Assembly (NCBI RefSeq): GCF_004010195.1 | Contig: NC_057717.1 | Span: 56,493,126 to 56,557,125 of the forward strand | DNA length: 64,000 nt | Reading direction: 5' to 3' | From: Chiloscyllium plagiosum | Lineage: Eukaryota | Part shown: piece by piece, positions 13,259 through 24,799 of the stretch | How the letters are laid out: the number at the start of each line of letters is the position of its first letter | Numbering within the stretch: the first letter of the stretch is position 1 | Made by a program: the position numbers and the translations under genes | Notes under the pieces: model-generated | The model's input: only the letters and a program-made list of their open reading frames with translations | Told to the model about the DNA's origin: nothing | The model's database searches: none

Positions 13259-16200
13259 TGTGAATCGATACTCTTTGAATGAAATAACATTGCAATGTGA
13301 TCAAAATCAGATTGTTTTTTCGGAATAAAAAGCAAAGTGTCTTGGAAAGACATGCTCAAAAATCTTGAATGTGCAAGGATACCTTAATACTCCTTTAGGA
13401 ACGCTCATGTGAAACTTTGCATTGATAGGGGGTACACAGAACAAGAAAAATCTACTCGCCATGATTCAGCGTTCTTTCACTGGTCCTGAGCGTGAGCGTT
13501 GTTAAAAAATTTTCGCAGCCCAACTGGATAACAATTCTAAGGATGTGGGAGTGGAGTAGGTGATTGGAGTAACATGAGGTATCTAAGATCAGATAAGAAC
13601 AGTAAGTGCAAAGGTGATTAACACTGGACGATTGACATTTGAACAATGATAAAGATATTCGTTAGACACAGAAGAAAGCAAGTATTTTGGTACATTTAGA
13701 TGGCTAAATATGCAACACAAAATTATTGAATTAAATGAAAAAAATAATTGCTGCAAATGTAGGAAGGAATTACATTTTACACAACCTGAGGCGTTGTACT
13801 TAATGCAAAGAAACTTTAATTTCCAAAAGAGGTTTTAAGAACAAAAAGTAACTTTCAAGAATTACTTGGCACTTGGCATGTTAAACCATTGTCCACAAAA
13901 AGAGCAATTTTTTTGTAATCGATAGAACACACATTCCCTGCTATCATAAGTGTGTTCGAAGTAAGATTTTGTATAAGGTAATTTCTCTGAATTGAAATTA
14001 ATTCATTTCTCAAAAAATATTTGACATGCTCCTTAATTAACACGTGTTGCATGTTTCGATTTCGATGTCTACTTCTTAAAATGTCTTAATATGTTCAGAA
14101 TTTTCTCTAACTGATCGATATGCACAATATTAAATAATAATAGAAAGTGCTGCAGTCGATCAGCAGGCAGTGTGATGAGTTAATTTTTTGACCCAGATAT
14201 GATTCTCCTTCAAAACAAAATGTTATCTTTCATGTTCTTCGAAATGAGCTGCAACGCACCATAAAACGATAGCTTGGAAGAGTAGAACTAGTCCATTACT
14301 TGTGAATCGATATTCTTTGAATAAAATGACATGGCAATGGAGTGGTATCAAAGTCAGATCGTCTTTCCTGGATAAAAAGCAAAGTGTCTTGGGGAGACAT
14401 GCTCAAAACTCTTGAATGTACGAGGATACATTGATACTCCAATTAGGAACGCTAATGTGAAACTTTGCATTGATCGGAGGTACACAGAAAAAGAAAGATA
14501 CAATGGTCACGATTCACCCTTCTTTCATTCGTCCTTAGCGTCAGTGTTGTCAAAACTTTTGCGCTGCCCAACTGAATAACAATGCTCAGGCTGTGGCAGT
14601 GAAGTAGATGATACGAGTAACATGAAGAATCTACGATCAAATAAGAACAGTAAGTGCGAAGGTGATTAACACTGGACGATTGACATTTTGACAATGATGG
14701 AGATATTTGATAGACACAGAAGAAAGCAAGCATTTTGCTACATTTAGATGGCTAACTATGTAACACAATATTATTGAATTAAAATGAAAAAAATAATTGC
14801 CGCAGATATCGGAAGTAATTACAATTTACACAACAGTAGAACCTGAAGTGCTGTACTTAATGCGAAGAAGATTGAATTTCCAAAGAGGTTTGAACAACAA
14901 TAAGGGAAGGCAATGTCTGAAGAAACGCTTGGCACTTGAGTATATCAAATCATTTCCCACCAAAAGAAGTGCTTTTTTTGTAATCGATAGAACACACTTT
15001 CCGTGCAACCATAAGTGTGTTCAAAATACGATTTTTTACAAGGTAATTTCTCCTGAATTGAAATTAATTCATTTGTCATAAAATATTTGACATGCTCTTA
15101 ATTAACAGAAGTATGAAATGTTTCGATTTCGATTCCTACTTCTCAAAATTTCTTAATATGTTAGCAATTTTCACTAACTGAACGATATGCACAATATTAA
15201 ATAATAACAGAAAGTGCTGCAGTCGATCAGCAGGCAGTATGCTGAGTTAATGTTTTGAGCCAGATATGACTCTCCTTCAGAATAGACGAGATGCTGCAAA
15301 ATGTTATCTTTCATAATCTTCAAAATGAGCTGCGATGCACCATGAAACTCGAACGTGGAAGATTGGAATTAGTCCATTGCATGTGAATCGATTTTCTTTG
15401 AATAAAACGACATGGCAATACAGTGGTATCAAAATCAGATCGTTTTTCCGGGATGAAAAGCAAAGTGTCTTGGAGAGACATGATTAAAATCTTGAATGTA
15501 CGAGGATAAATTGATACTCCGATTATGAAAGCTGATGTGAAACTTTGTTTTGATAGGGAGTACAAAGAAAAAAAAAAGATGTAATGGTCATGATTCACCC
15601 TTCTCTCATTAGTCCTGAGCGTGAGTGTTGTCAAACACTTTGCGCTGCCCAACTGGATAACAATGCTAAGGCTGTGGCAGTGAAGCAGATAATACGAGTA
15701 ACATGAGGTATCTAAGATCAAATAAGAACATTAAGTGCACAGATGATTAACACTGGACGACTGACATTTTGACAATGACGAAGACATTTGATAGACACAG
15801 AAGAAAGCAAGCATTTTCGTACATTTAGATGGCTAAATATGCAACACAAAATTATTGAATTAAAATGAACAGAAAATAATTGCGCAGATGTAGGAAGGAA
15901 GTACATTACAAGCAACAGTAAGACGTGAAGCACTGTCTTTAATGCAAAGAAGATTCAATTTCCAAAGGAGGTTTGAATAACAATAAGGGAAGGTAATGGC
16001 AAAGAATCACTTGGCACTTGGGCATTTCAAACCATTTCCCACCAACCGAAATACATTTTTTTTGTAATCGATAGAATACACTTTTCGTGCTACCATAATT
16101 GTGTTGGAAGTAAGGTTTTTGTACAAGGTAATTTCTCCTGAATTGAAATTAACTCATATCTCAAAAAAAATTTGACATGCTCTTAATTAACACAAGTTTT

Positions 16201-16390
16201 ACATGTTTAGATTTCGATTCTTACTTCCCAAAATTTACCCTTTCTTAAAATGTTTAAAATTTTCTCTAACTGATCAATATGCATTATATTAAATAGATGA
16301 GATGCTGCAAAATGTTATCTTTCATATTCTTCAAAATGAGCTGCGACGCATCATAAATCTATAACGTGAAAGAGTGGAATTAATTCATTT
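13259..16390. repeat. Tandem triplication of a ~1.04-1.08 kb unit
   Basis: Anchor tgtgaatcga at 13259, 14301 and 15382; aaatgagctgc at ~14242, 15323 and 16335; single copy in the right arm at ~43120-44200. Confidence 0.93.
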
Positions 16391-16635
16391 ATTCCGTTCA
16401 GTCTACTCTGCAATTCCATCATGGCTGAGATACTTCTCAAGCACATTCTCCTGCAAACTTTGATCCCTGAACTGTTCAAAAATCTGTTCACATCATTTGT
16501 CTTAAATAGGCTCAATAACTTGGATTTCACCGCATTTTCAGACAATAAGTCTCATAGAGTCACCACCCTCTACTTGCTATGTATTTGGAGGCGTGTACTG
16601 TCCCTGGAAGAAAAAGTGAAAGTTTGAAAGCACCT

Positions 16636-17090
16636 GTTATATCACAAAGTGTGCTGGAAATTTGAAAGATGTAACAGATTGGTGAAACCGAGGTACAAGT
16701 TGAGTTCACAGCAGTTCGAAGTTAACCAATCAGTGAAAGCTATTCCCCAAAACTCTAAGACCCAATCAAATTTGAATGTTATTGTTTTGAAAACCTGGAA
16801 ACAATTAGATGATCCGATGTTTGGGTAATAAAAGCAGGCTTTTTGGACTGTTAGCGAGAAATATCACCATCTTCCATTTGAAAGAGTGCTCTCTGTCAAG
16901 GGTACCGTCTTCGGATGAAATATCTTGCAGAAGTAGGCTGAAGACGAACCAGGAATACCGCCAAATCGAGGATGATCATCAGGGCTGATGAAAGACACTG
17001 TCTGTTCTTTTTTTTTTAATTCAGTAGCAGTAAATCTAATAGGGCCTTCAGTGCATATGTATACTGTAATAGAGTGGGAGCTAGAAGAAG
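16636..17090 (+). mobile_element. Solo-LTR-like sequence at the inner end of the arm (mirror ~42410-42860)
   Basis: Starts TGT, contains CCAAT boxes and a TATA-like AATAAAAG; no coding potential. Confidence 0.45.
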
Positions 17091-17149
17091 TTACCTGGTA
17101 TGGTAGTTTCGAGCTCTGAAGAGAGATGAGTAGGTTATGTTTCTTGTGA

Positions 17150-17572
17150 TTAGAAAAAAGGAGAGATATTTGGAAAATGATTGAGGCGGTCCGGATTGCG
17201 GTTTACAAAGTCATGAAGGGTATAGACAGGGTGGATGGAAACAAGATTTTTTTCCAGCGTGAATGATTCAATAACGATAGGTCACGCTTTCAAGGTGCGA
17301 GGTGGAAAGTTTAAGGGGATACACGCGGCATATACTTCACACAGAGGGTGGTGGGGGTCTGGAACGCGTTGCCAGCAGTGGAGGTAGAGGCAGGAACCGT
17401 AGATTCATTTAAGATGCATCTGGACAGATGCATGAGTAAGTGGGGAGCAGAGGGATATCGATGCTTAGGAATTGACAGACAGGTGTAGATAGTACATTTG
17501 GATCGTCTCAGCCTTGGAAGTCCGAAGGGCCTGTTCCTGGGCTGTAAATTTTCTTTGTTCTTTGTTCTTTGT
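17150..17572 (+). mobile_element. CR1 3' end
   Basis: ttcacacagagggtggtgggggtctggaacgcg... with (ttctttg)n tail. Confidence 0.85.
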
Positions 17573-18894
17573 AACAACTTTCTCCTTGCTTCTCCCCATA
17601 AATCTCGATCCCTTTCCGCATCTAGAGACTATATTTCGTTCTTTTTTAAGGGGGTATTGACGTGTCCTTGCACGCGCTGGGCCATTACAATCGATGTACC
17701 GTAAAACTCTTCATCTCAGGACTATAGGTTTTAACTCCAGGTTGGGTGCCTTTCTGTCGAAACTCGTTTGTTCAAGTTGAAGTTCAGATTTGCTTTTCAC
17801 AACCAGAGTCAGCATTAAACGTAATCTCTGCCTCCATGCCACACAAACTGCAGAGTATCGAAAGAGATTTTTCATTGTAAAGTCAAAAATCATTCAGGAT
17901 TTGCCTAATATGGAATGCCTATGACTGTTGAAAATGCAGGTGAATGAAACAAGTCTAATGATAATGGACAAGGAAGTGCGCAATGTCACAGTTTGCACAC
18001 ATATGCTGCTCAGCACGTACTCAGAGACACCTGGAGGGTAATCAGTGATGGAGATCACAAACTCGCTGCAGTCAGTCGAAGAGTTTGTACATGATTTTGC
18101 CAATAGCTTCTTTTGTGTTCTAGTTTTATATCAACATCAGTCAATGAAAATAAGGGCTGTATATTTCTTTATTCTTCTTGATTTACATCGTTAATTCAGT
18201 AGTCTCTAATTCCAGTCTTCAGAATTCTCAATCTTGTCAGTAGAAACAGTTTTATTTTGCAAGTGTAATGTGTTGGAATTATAAAACAGCTCTTCATTCC
18301 AAACCCTTACCTCCAACCTCAACGTCTGGTTCATTCCAAATGGATCCACGAAATGTCTGTGTTTAACTTTTGTTAAATCCAAGGAGCGAAATACCAGTCT
18401 CTGGAATCTCTCCACACAGCTAAAATACAAGATGGAGTAATGCGATGGGATATTGGAAAGTATTGTCTGTTAGGACATTGAATGGAACGTGACAGAAATC
18501 GCAGTCAACTACTTCATGACTCTTTCCAAATCTGTGGGGACTGAAGTCAGAAAAACATTGTCCTATTGATAACAAAGAGTCAATAAACATTTCACTTCTT
18601 TGAGAGGCTGCAACATTCTCTCTGATGCTCTCAGCAACATTCACTAAAGCAAGACTTTCAAAGGATTCTTGTCGCTGTGTATCGAGAATTCAAACATCTC
18701 GACTTCCAGACACTACAAAAAGTTAGGATCAGAAAAGACACTGAAAACATACGAAGAGAGATTTCCCCAGTTGAAGGAGGAGACAATATTCAGGAGAGAA
18801 TATTGGCATCAGAGTGTTCCGATGTCTCCCCAGTGAATGTCTCCGCGTTTAATTGGGTGAGTAAAACTGATTGAGGACCATGATTTGTTGATGC

Positions 18895-19045
18895 TGGTGT
18901 TGGATTGGGGTGTCCGAAGTTAAAAAACACACATCAGGTTGTAGTCCAATAGATGTAATTTGAAGCACCAACTTTCAGAGTGCTGCTCCTTCTTCAAATG
19001 GTTATGGAGAAAAATATTGTAAATCTTTGTGTGATTTTTAACTTT
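18895..19045. mobile_element. Short Penelope terminal fragment
   Basis: aagttaaaaa..cacac..caggttgtagtccaa...tgtgatttttaactt; same family as 35133 and 61170. Confidence 0.65.
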
Positions 19046-19861
19046 GATCGATGACCATCATCGTTCCAAGAACAATAAGGGGAATTAACTCTTTGATAAC
19101 CTGGTCACAGTCATTCTGCTTCGCGACAACGAGGTAGACTCTCCTGACAGTTTTAAAATAAAGCTAAGTAATCACCATTTACGCATTACAAGATGAGAAT
19201 ATTGTTAATACCAAGCGCGAACTCCTTAACGTATATCCAGTGATACAACCGTGTGTTTAGCGATTAACATTTTGTGTTTTATTGCTATGGAAGCTATTTT
19301 CTTGGCCGTGGCTTCCGTCCCAGTGAACAAATCATTTTGCTGAAGTGCCCCTCATCCTGCAGATAAATAGTACTTGGCATGTAGCTGTGAAAGGCTGTTT
19401 CACAGCTGCCTACGCATAGATGATTCCCATTCTCACTAGGAGGTAATACAAAAATATAGTTTATCTCTTCAAGGCGCCATGTATTGCCTGCTCAATCCTT
19501 CCATACAGTGATGTGTTCGATACTATTCGTCGGTTCGGAGTAGACTTGTTCGGCCGAAGGGCCTGCTTCCACACTTTAGAGATTCCATGACATCACAGTT
19601 GCTTCTTTCTGATTTAAGAATCCATTTTAGAGCAATCTATCGTGAAATGTCTTCCTTATAATCCAGACTGAGACTCTCTACGTAGCCTCACTGAATCACC
19701 AAAATTGTTTGAATAGTAACCACTATGCCTGCACTGACTCCTAATGAGTCCCTGCTGGAGAAATTCAATCCAATAATTTAGAAACTACAAGGAGGATGGC
19801 GGTGAAATTGACAAGTGGTTTATTCAACAAAGCATTATCATTGAAGAGGAATTGTCCAGGC

Positions 19862-20523
19862 TGTCACAGAAGAGGTTGTCTGCACAGATAGCCAGAATGC
19901 TTTTCCCCGAATGGAAGGTGCAGGCAGATTTTATTGGGGTACAGCACAAAGGTGATAATTGTAAAGTAGTTACTGTACAATGCTTAAAATTGTAAAGCGA
20001 TTAAAACATGAAAAAAAAATTGAATGGAAATTAATCAACCGTCTGGCAGTCGCAATTCATTGGTAATTGACACACGAGATTCCAGCCATCTCTGTGAGTA
20101 GGTGAGAAAATCGTCGAGAGGAGTCTTTGTTGTGTTTCCCGTCCACGTGAACATGTGCAATTGTCCCTTCTCCTGGCATCCAGGTCCGTCCATTGTGTTC
20201 CTCCTGCGAGCAAAGTTTTCCAGGGCCTTTTTAGTTGTAGGGCGAGTTTCAATGGGAGATGAGCTTGACACTTATGGTATTGGGACTGCAGTGCTAATCG
20301 GGCATGGAACCTACTGTGAAGGCTATTTGGGAAGTCCTTTCTGTGGTCTGAGCAGTAGCATGGCCATGTCTGGTTTCTTTGTTAGCCGGTTTGGCGACGA
20401 TTGGGGCATTCTGGATGTGTTCTGTGTCCGTTCGCAGGCTTGATCTCCGTGTTTCGCAGGCATGCTTCTGTATTTGTTATGTGGTGATGCTGTATGGGCG
20501 GGATCGCAAATCATTCTCCCACA
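19862..20523 (-). mobile_element. ERV 3' LTR (~662 bp)
   Basis: Minus strand starts TGTGGGAGAA right after the polypurine tract AAAAAGGAGGAAT (20524-20536), ends TTCTGTGACA (imperfect terminal inverted repeat), AATAAA at ~19930. Confidence 0.8.
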
Positions 20524-20685
20524 ATTCCTCCTTTTTGTTAATAAAGGAGTGAAAAAGGGCCAATGTGGCCAGATCCAGAGGTATGGGGCATTCAGGTGGT
20601 GAGCGTTCAGTGTCAGAGTGGTAGTTGTTGTTGTCTGAGTCTGACAGAGTGGAGGTTGTGTCGGGGTGGGGATGTTACTCCAGTG

Positions 20686-20910
20686 CTGAAAAATGTGTTG
20701 CTGGAAAAGCGCAGCAGGTCAGGCAGCATCAAAAGAGCAGGAGAATCGACGTTTTGGGCATAAGCCCTTCTTCAGGAATCATTCCTGAAGAAGGGCGTAT
20801 GCCCGAAACGTCGATTCTCCGGCTCCTTTGATGCTGCCTGACCTGCTGCGCTTTTCCAGCAACACATTTTTCAGCTCTGATCTCCAGCATCTGCAGTCCT
20901 CACTTTCTCC
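20686..20910. mobile_element. Fold-back Penelope terminal insertion with 14-bp TSD
   Basis: Near-perfect palindrome centred ~20780; ATGTTA(C/T)TCCAGTG at 20672-20685 and 20911-20924. Confidence 0.88.
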
Positions 20911-20929
20911 ATGTTATTCCAGTGGCCTT

Positions 20930-21660
20930 GTCTTAGCTGCGTTGTGAGGGGTCGTGGGTAACAGTGCTGCATACAACCGGAACCAACATATACAGAGGAC
21001 TATGATCAGAACTACGATAGCTACAAGAACGGTATTAAGGCATAACAGTCTCTGCAGCAGGACATGTAGGACAGCATTAAACCTGTCAGATGAAATGCGC
21101 CAGGTCCATTATATTTCGCTGGAGTTCGCACCTATGAGGGTGCACTTGCCCCGTTTTTTTGATCAGCAAGTTGTCCAGGGCCATTCTAGCAACAAAATTA
21201 GATTGGCGACAGCCTCTGCTTTCAGCTGGGGAAGGACTTCAACCGTGACAATTGCTATTTTCTCCAACGTGGTTGCCAGCTGATGTGCCTCGATGTCCAG
21301 CTGCAACATTGCGTAAGTGGGCACAAATATGAACAGCACATCGTCTAGCGCAGTGAGGACGCGTTTCCGGAAGGTAATAAGCTTCTCGAAGTGAGAGGGG
21401 CTGACAGTGGTAAATGAATGGTACCACTTCCCGAACGAAACAGCTGCCAGTCCATGACAATGGCAGCCAGGGTTATGCCTTTTGAACGAAGTGCCATTGT
21501 GTGTTCTTAGATGGGTGGATTAGGGTTTCTGTTCAGGCGCTGTTGAAAGTAGAATTGTGTGCAGACTTGATGGGGACAAATAAATTTAGGATGCTGCAAA
21601 CTACTACCGACTGGTGATGTGCGGGGATAAGGAGAAGTGAATTAGCACAATGGCTCTAGC
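20930..21660 (-). pseudogene. env: ERV env remnant (SU end and TM)
   Basis: SWTGSC, basic site RPHCARR, immunosuppressive-domain-like ALDNLLIKK/RGKCTLIG (one frameshift, ~21121-21181), membrane anchor TVLVAIVVLIIVLCICWF (~20975-21035). Confidence 0.75.
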
Positions 21661-21667
21661 CAGCCTC

Positions 21668-24600
21668 CCATGTGTAGAGAACAAAGAACAAAGAAGATTT
21701 ACAGCCAAGGAACAGGCCCTTCTGCCCTCCAAGCCCGAGCCGATCAAAGTCCTATCTAAACCTGTCACCCAATTCCTAAGCATATCTTTTCCCTCTGGTC
21801 CTCACCTACTCATGCATCTGACCAGACGCATGTTAAATGAATCTACCGTGCCTGTTCTAATACCTCTGATGGCAATGCGTTCTAGGCACCCACCACCCTC
21901 TGTGCAAAGTACTTGCTGCGTTAATCCCCCCTAAACTTTTCACGTCTCACCATGAAACACCACTGGTCACCTTTCTCCATTTCGAGAAACTCCCTTCTAT
22001 TACTACTGTCTGCCTCCTGTTGCTCAACCAGTTTTTATACACCTAGCTAGAACACCCTGCACACCATGTGACTTTACTTTCTCTATTAGTTATCTCGTTA
22101 TTTAATCCTTCACCCTTGAGAAAAACGTTATCTCGATCTTCTCTGCCTAAACTCTTCACGATTCTGCAGACCTTAATCAGGCCCTCCCTCAATCTCCTTT
22201 TTTTCTAATGAAAACATAACGGAACCTACTCAACCTCTCTTCATAGCTAGTACCTTCCATACCAGGCAACATCCTCGGAAATCTTCTCTACACCCTCCCA
22301 AAAAAAAAAAAATCAACATTCGTTTGGTAATGTGGCGATCAGAACTGTACACAGTATTTTAAATGCGGCCGAAACAACGTCGTGCACAATTTTAACATGA
22401 ACTGCCAGCTCTTATACTCAGTACCCTATCCAATGAAGGCAAGCATACCATATGCATTCTTGACCACTCTATCCATCTATACAGCAACCTTCAGGGTATA
22501 ATAGTCCTCAACTCCCAGATCTCTCTGCTCATCAACTTTTTCCAAGACTCTTCTGTTTCCTGTGGAATTCACTTCTTACTTAGATTTCCCAATATGCATC
22601 ACCTAACATATTCCTTGGATTGAAATCCATCTGCTACTTCTCCGTGCAACTCTCTAATCTATGTATAGTCGCTTGTATTCTTTGACAGACCCATACGCTT
22701 TCTGCTACTCCACCAATCATCTTGTCATCTGAAAACTTGCTGCTTATACCAACAGTGCCCTCTGCCAGATCATTTTAGTATATCATGAATAACAGTGGTC
22801 CCAGGACTGATCCCTGTGAAACACCACTGGTCACCTTTCTCCATTTCGAGAAACTCCCTTCTATTACTACTGTCTGCCTCCTGTTGCTCAACCAGTTTTT
22901 ATACACCTAGCTAGAACACCCTGCACACCATGTGACTTTACTTTCTCTATTAGTTTACCATGGGGAACCTTATCAAAGGCCTTACTAAATTCCATGTATA
23001 TGATTTCTGCAGCCCTTCCAACACCTATCAACTTGTTCACTTCCTCAATGAATTCTATTAAGTTGGTAAGGAACGATCTCCCCCGCACAAAACCAGTTGG
23101 CCTATCACTGACAAGCCCATTCTTTTCCAACAATAGATAGATTACATTCCTCAGTACCTTCCCCAGCAACGTTCCCACCACTGACGTCAGGCTCACCGGT
23201 ATGTAGTTACCCGGAATAGCGCTACCACCCTTCTCGTACAGGGGCAACACGACCAACTCTACTATCCTCCGGCACCTCACCTGTGTTTAAGGGTGCGACA
23301 AAGATAGCTGTCAGGGCCCCAGTTATTTCCTCTCTCGCCTCCCTCAGCAACCTGGCATACATCCCATCCGGTCCTGGGGATGTGTCCACCTAAATAACTT
23401 CTAGCCTACCCAACACGCTTCCTCCTTATGTCAACGTAATCCAGAGTAATGAAATTAGATTAGATTACTTACAGTGTGGAAACAGGCCCTTCGGCCCAAC
23501 AAGTCCACACCACCCCGCCGAAGCGCAACCCACCCATACCCCTTACCTAACACTACGGGCAATTTAGCATGGCCAATTCACCTGACCTGCACATCTTTGC
23601 ACTGTGGGAGGAAACCGGAGCACCCGGAGGAAACCCACGCAGACACGGGGAGAACGTGCAAACGTCACACAGTCAGTCGCCTGAGGCGGGTATTGAACCA
23701 GGGTCTCTGGCGCTGTGAGGCTGCAGTGCTAATCACTGTGCCACCGTGCCGCCCACAAGACAATCTTTATCTCTAATCACAACAATCATCGTGTCCCTCT
23801 CCTCAGTGAACACTGATTTAAAGTAATCATTCAGAATGTCACCCATGATCTCAGATTCGGCACACAGCCTCGCTTCGTTATCCTTTAGTGGACTAATCCT
23901 TTCTCTAGTTACCCGCTTGCTTCTTATAAGAATAAAAGGCTCTGGTATTTTCCCTAATTATGCTCGCTAAAGCTATATCATGAACCCCTTTAGCTCTCTT
24001 GATTCCTCATTTAAGAATGGTCCTGCTCTTCCGATATTCATCCAAGGTCCGTTCTGTCTTAGCAGCCTAGACCTTATGTACATTTCCCTTTTCCTCTTGT
24101 CTAGTGGCACGATTTCTCCTGTCATCTACGGTTCACTAATCTTGTCTTTTCCTATCCTTTGTCTTCAACGAGACATGCCCATCCTGCATTATCTTCAACC
24201 TATCATTGAAGCCTCACAAATGTCAAATGTGGAATTTCCTTCAAATAGCTGTGCCGAATCCACATTTCCCTGCTCCTGCCTAATTTTGATTTCATTGGCC
24301 TTGGCCCAGTTTAGTTCACTTAGGACAACTCTCATTATCTTTGGTTATTCTAAAACTTGCAGAACTGTGGGGACTGTTCCCAAATAACTCCCCACCTCAA
24401 TGTCTACTACCTGACCTGGCTCATTCCCCAACAACAGGTTCAGTATAAAACCTTGCCTCGTCTAACTATTGACATACTGCTCTAGAAAACTCTCTTGGAC
24501 GCTTCTTACAAATGTTACCCCATCCAGACCTCTGACACTAAGTGCATCTCAGTCAATATTGGGAAAATTAAAATCTCCCATCACCACCACCCTGTTGCCT

Positions 24601-24792
24601 CGATATTTTTCCATAATCTATTTACATTTTTGTTCTCCTACCGCCCGCTCACTTTTGGGAGGCCAGTGATACAGCCCCAACAATGTAAAAGTAGCCCTCT
24701 TATTTCTCAGATCCACCCATAATGCCTCATTACTCAAGCCTTCCATAGTGTCCACCTTTAGCACAGCCGTAGTATCATCCCTGACCAACAAT
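21668..24792 (-). mobile_element. CR1 LINE ORF2 (endonuclease to RT to 3' tail) inserted in the ERV
   Basis: ORF 22888-23280: PGNYIPVSLTS..GFVRGRSFLTNL..FSKAFDKVPHG; endonuclease-region GDFNFPN on the minus strand at ~24570; (gaacaaa)n tail. Confidence 0.92.
23455..23757 (-). mobile_element. Full-length HE1-type tRNA-derived SINE
   Basis: Minus strand head GGGCGGCACGGTGGCACAGTG (A box), GGTTCAATACC (B box), LINE-like tail ending (TCTAA)n. Confidence 0.9.
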
Positions 24793-24799
24793 GTCTGTG

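Larger units (their letters stand above)
2368..17090. repeat. Left arm of a large inverted segmental duplication
   Basis: Reverse-complement colinearity with 42410-61005, e.g. ORFs 2225/60815, 2829/60198, 3373/59743, 9283/48083, 16351/42858. Confidence 0.93.

Noticed and set aside
13259-16390. CRISPR-like or coding repeat array
   Set aside because: Kilobase-scale diverged units without spacers, eukaryotic context, stops in the frames examined
17711-18103. Ig V-like exon after ccctccAG|GTGTCTCTGAG on the minus strand
   Set aside because: No Cys/Trp/YYC framework, an internal stop and no RSS
23690-23757. tRNA gene (also ~38945-39015)
   Set aside because: tRNA-derived head of a SINE, continuous with the SINE body
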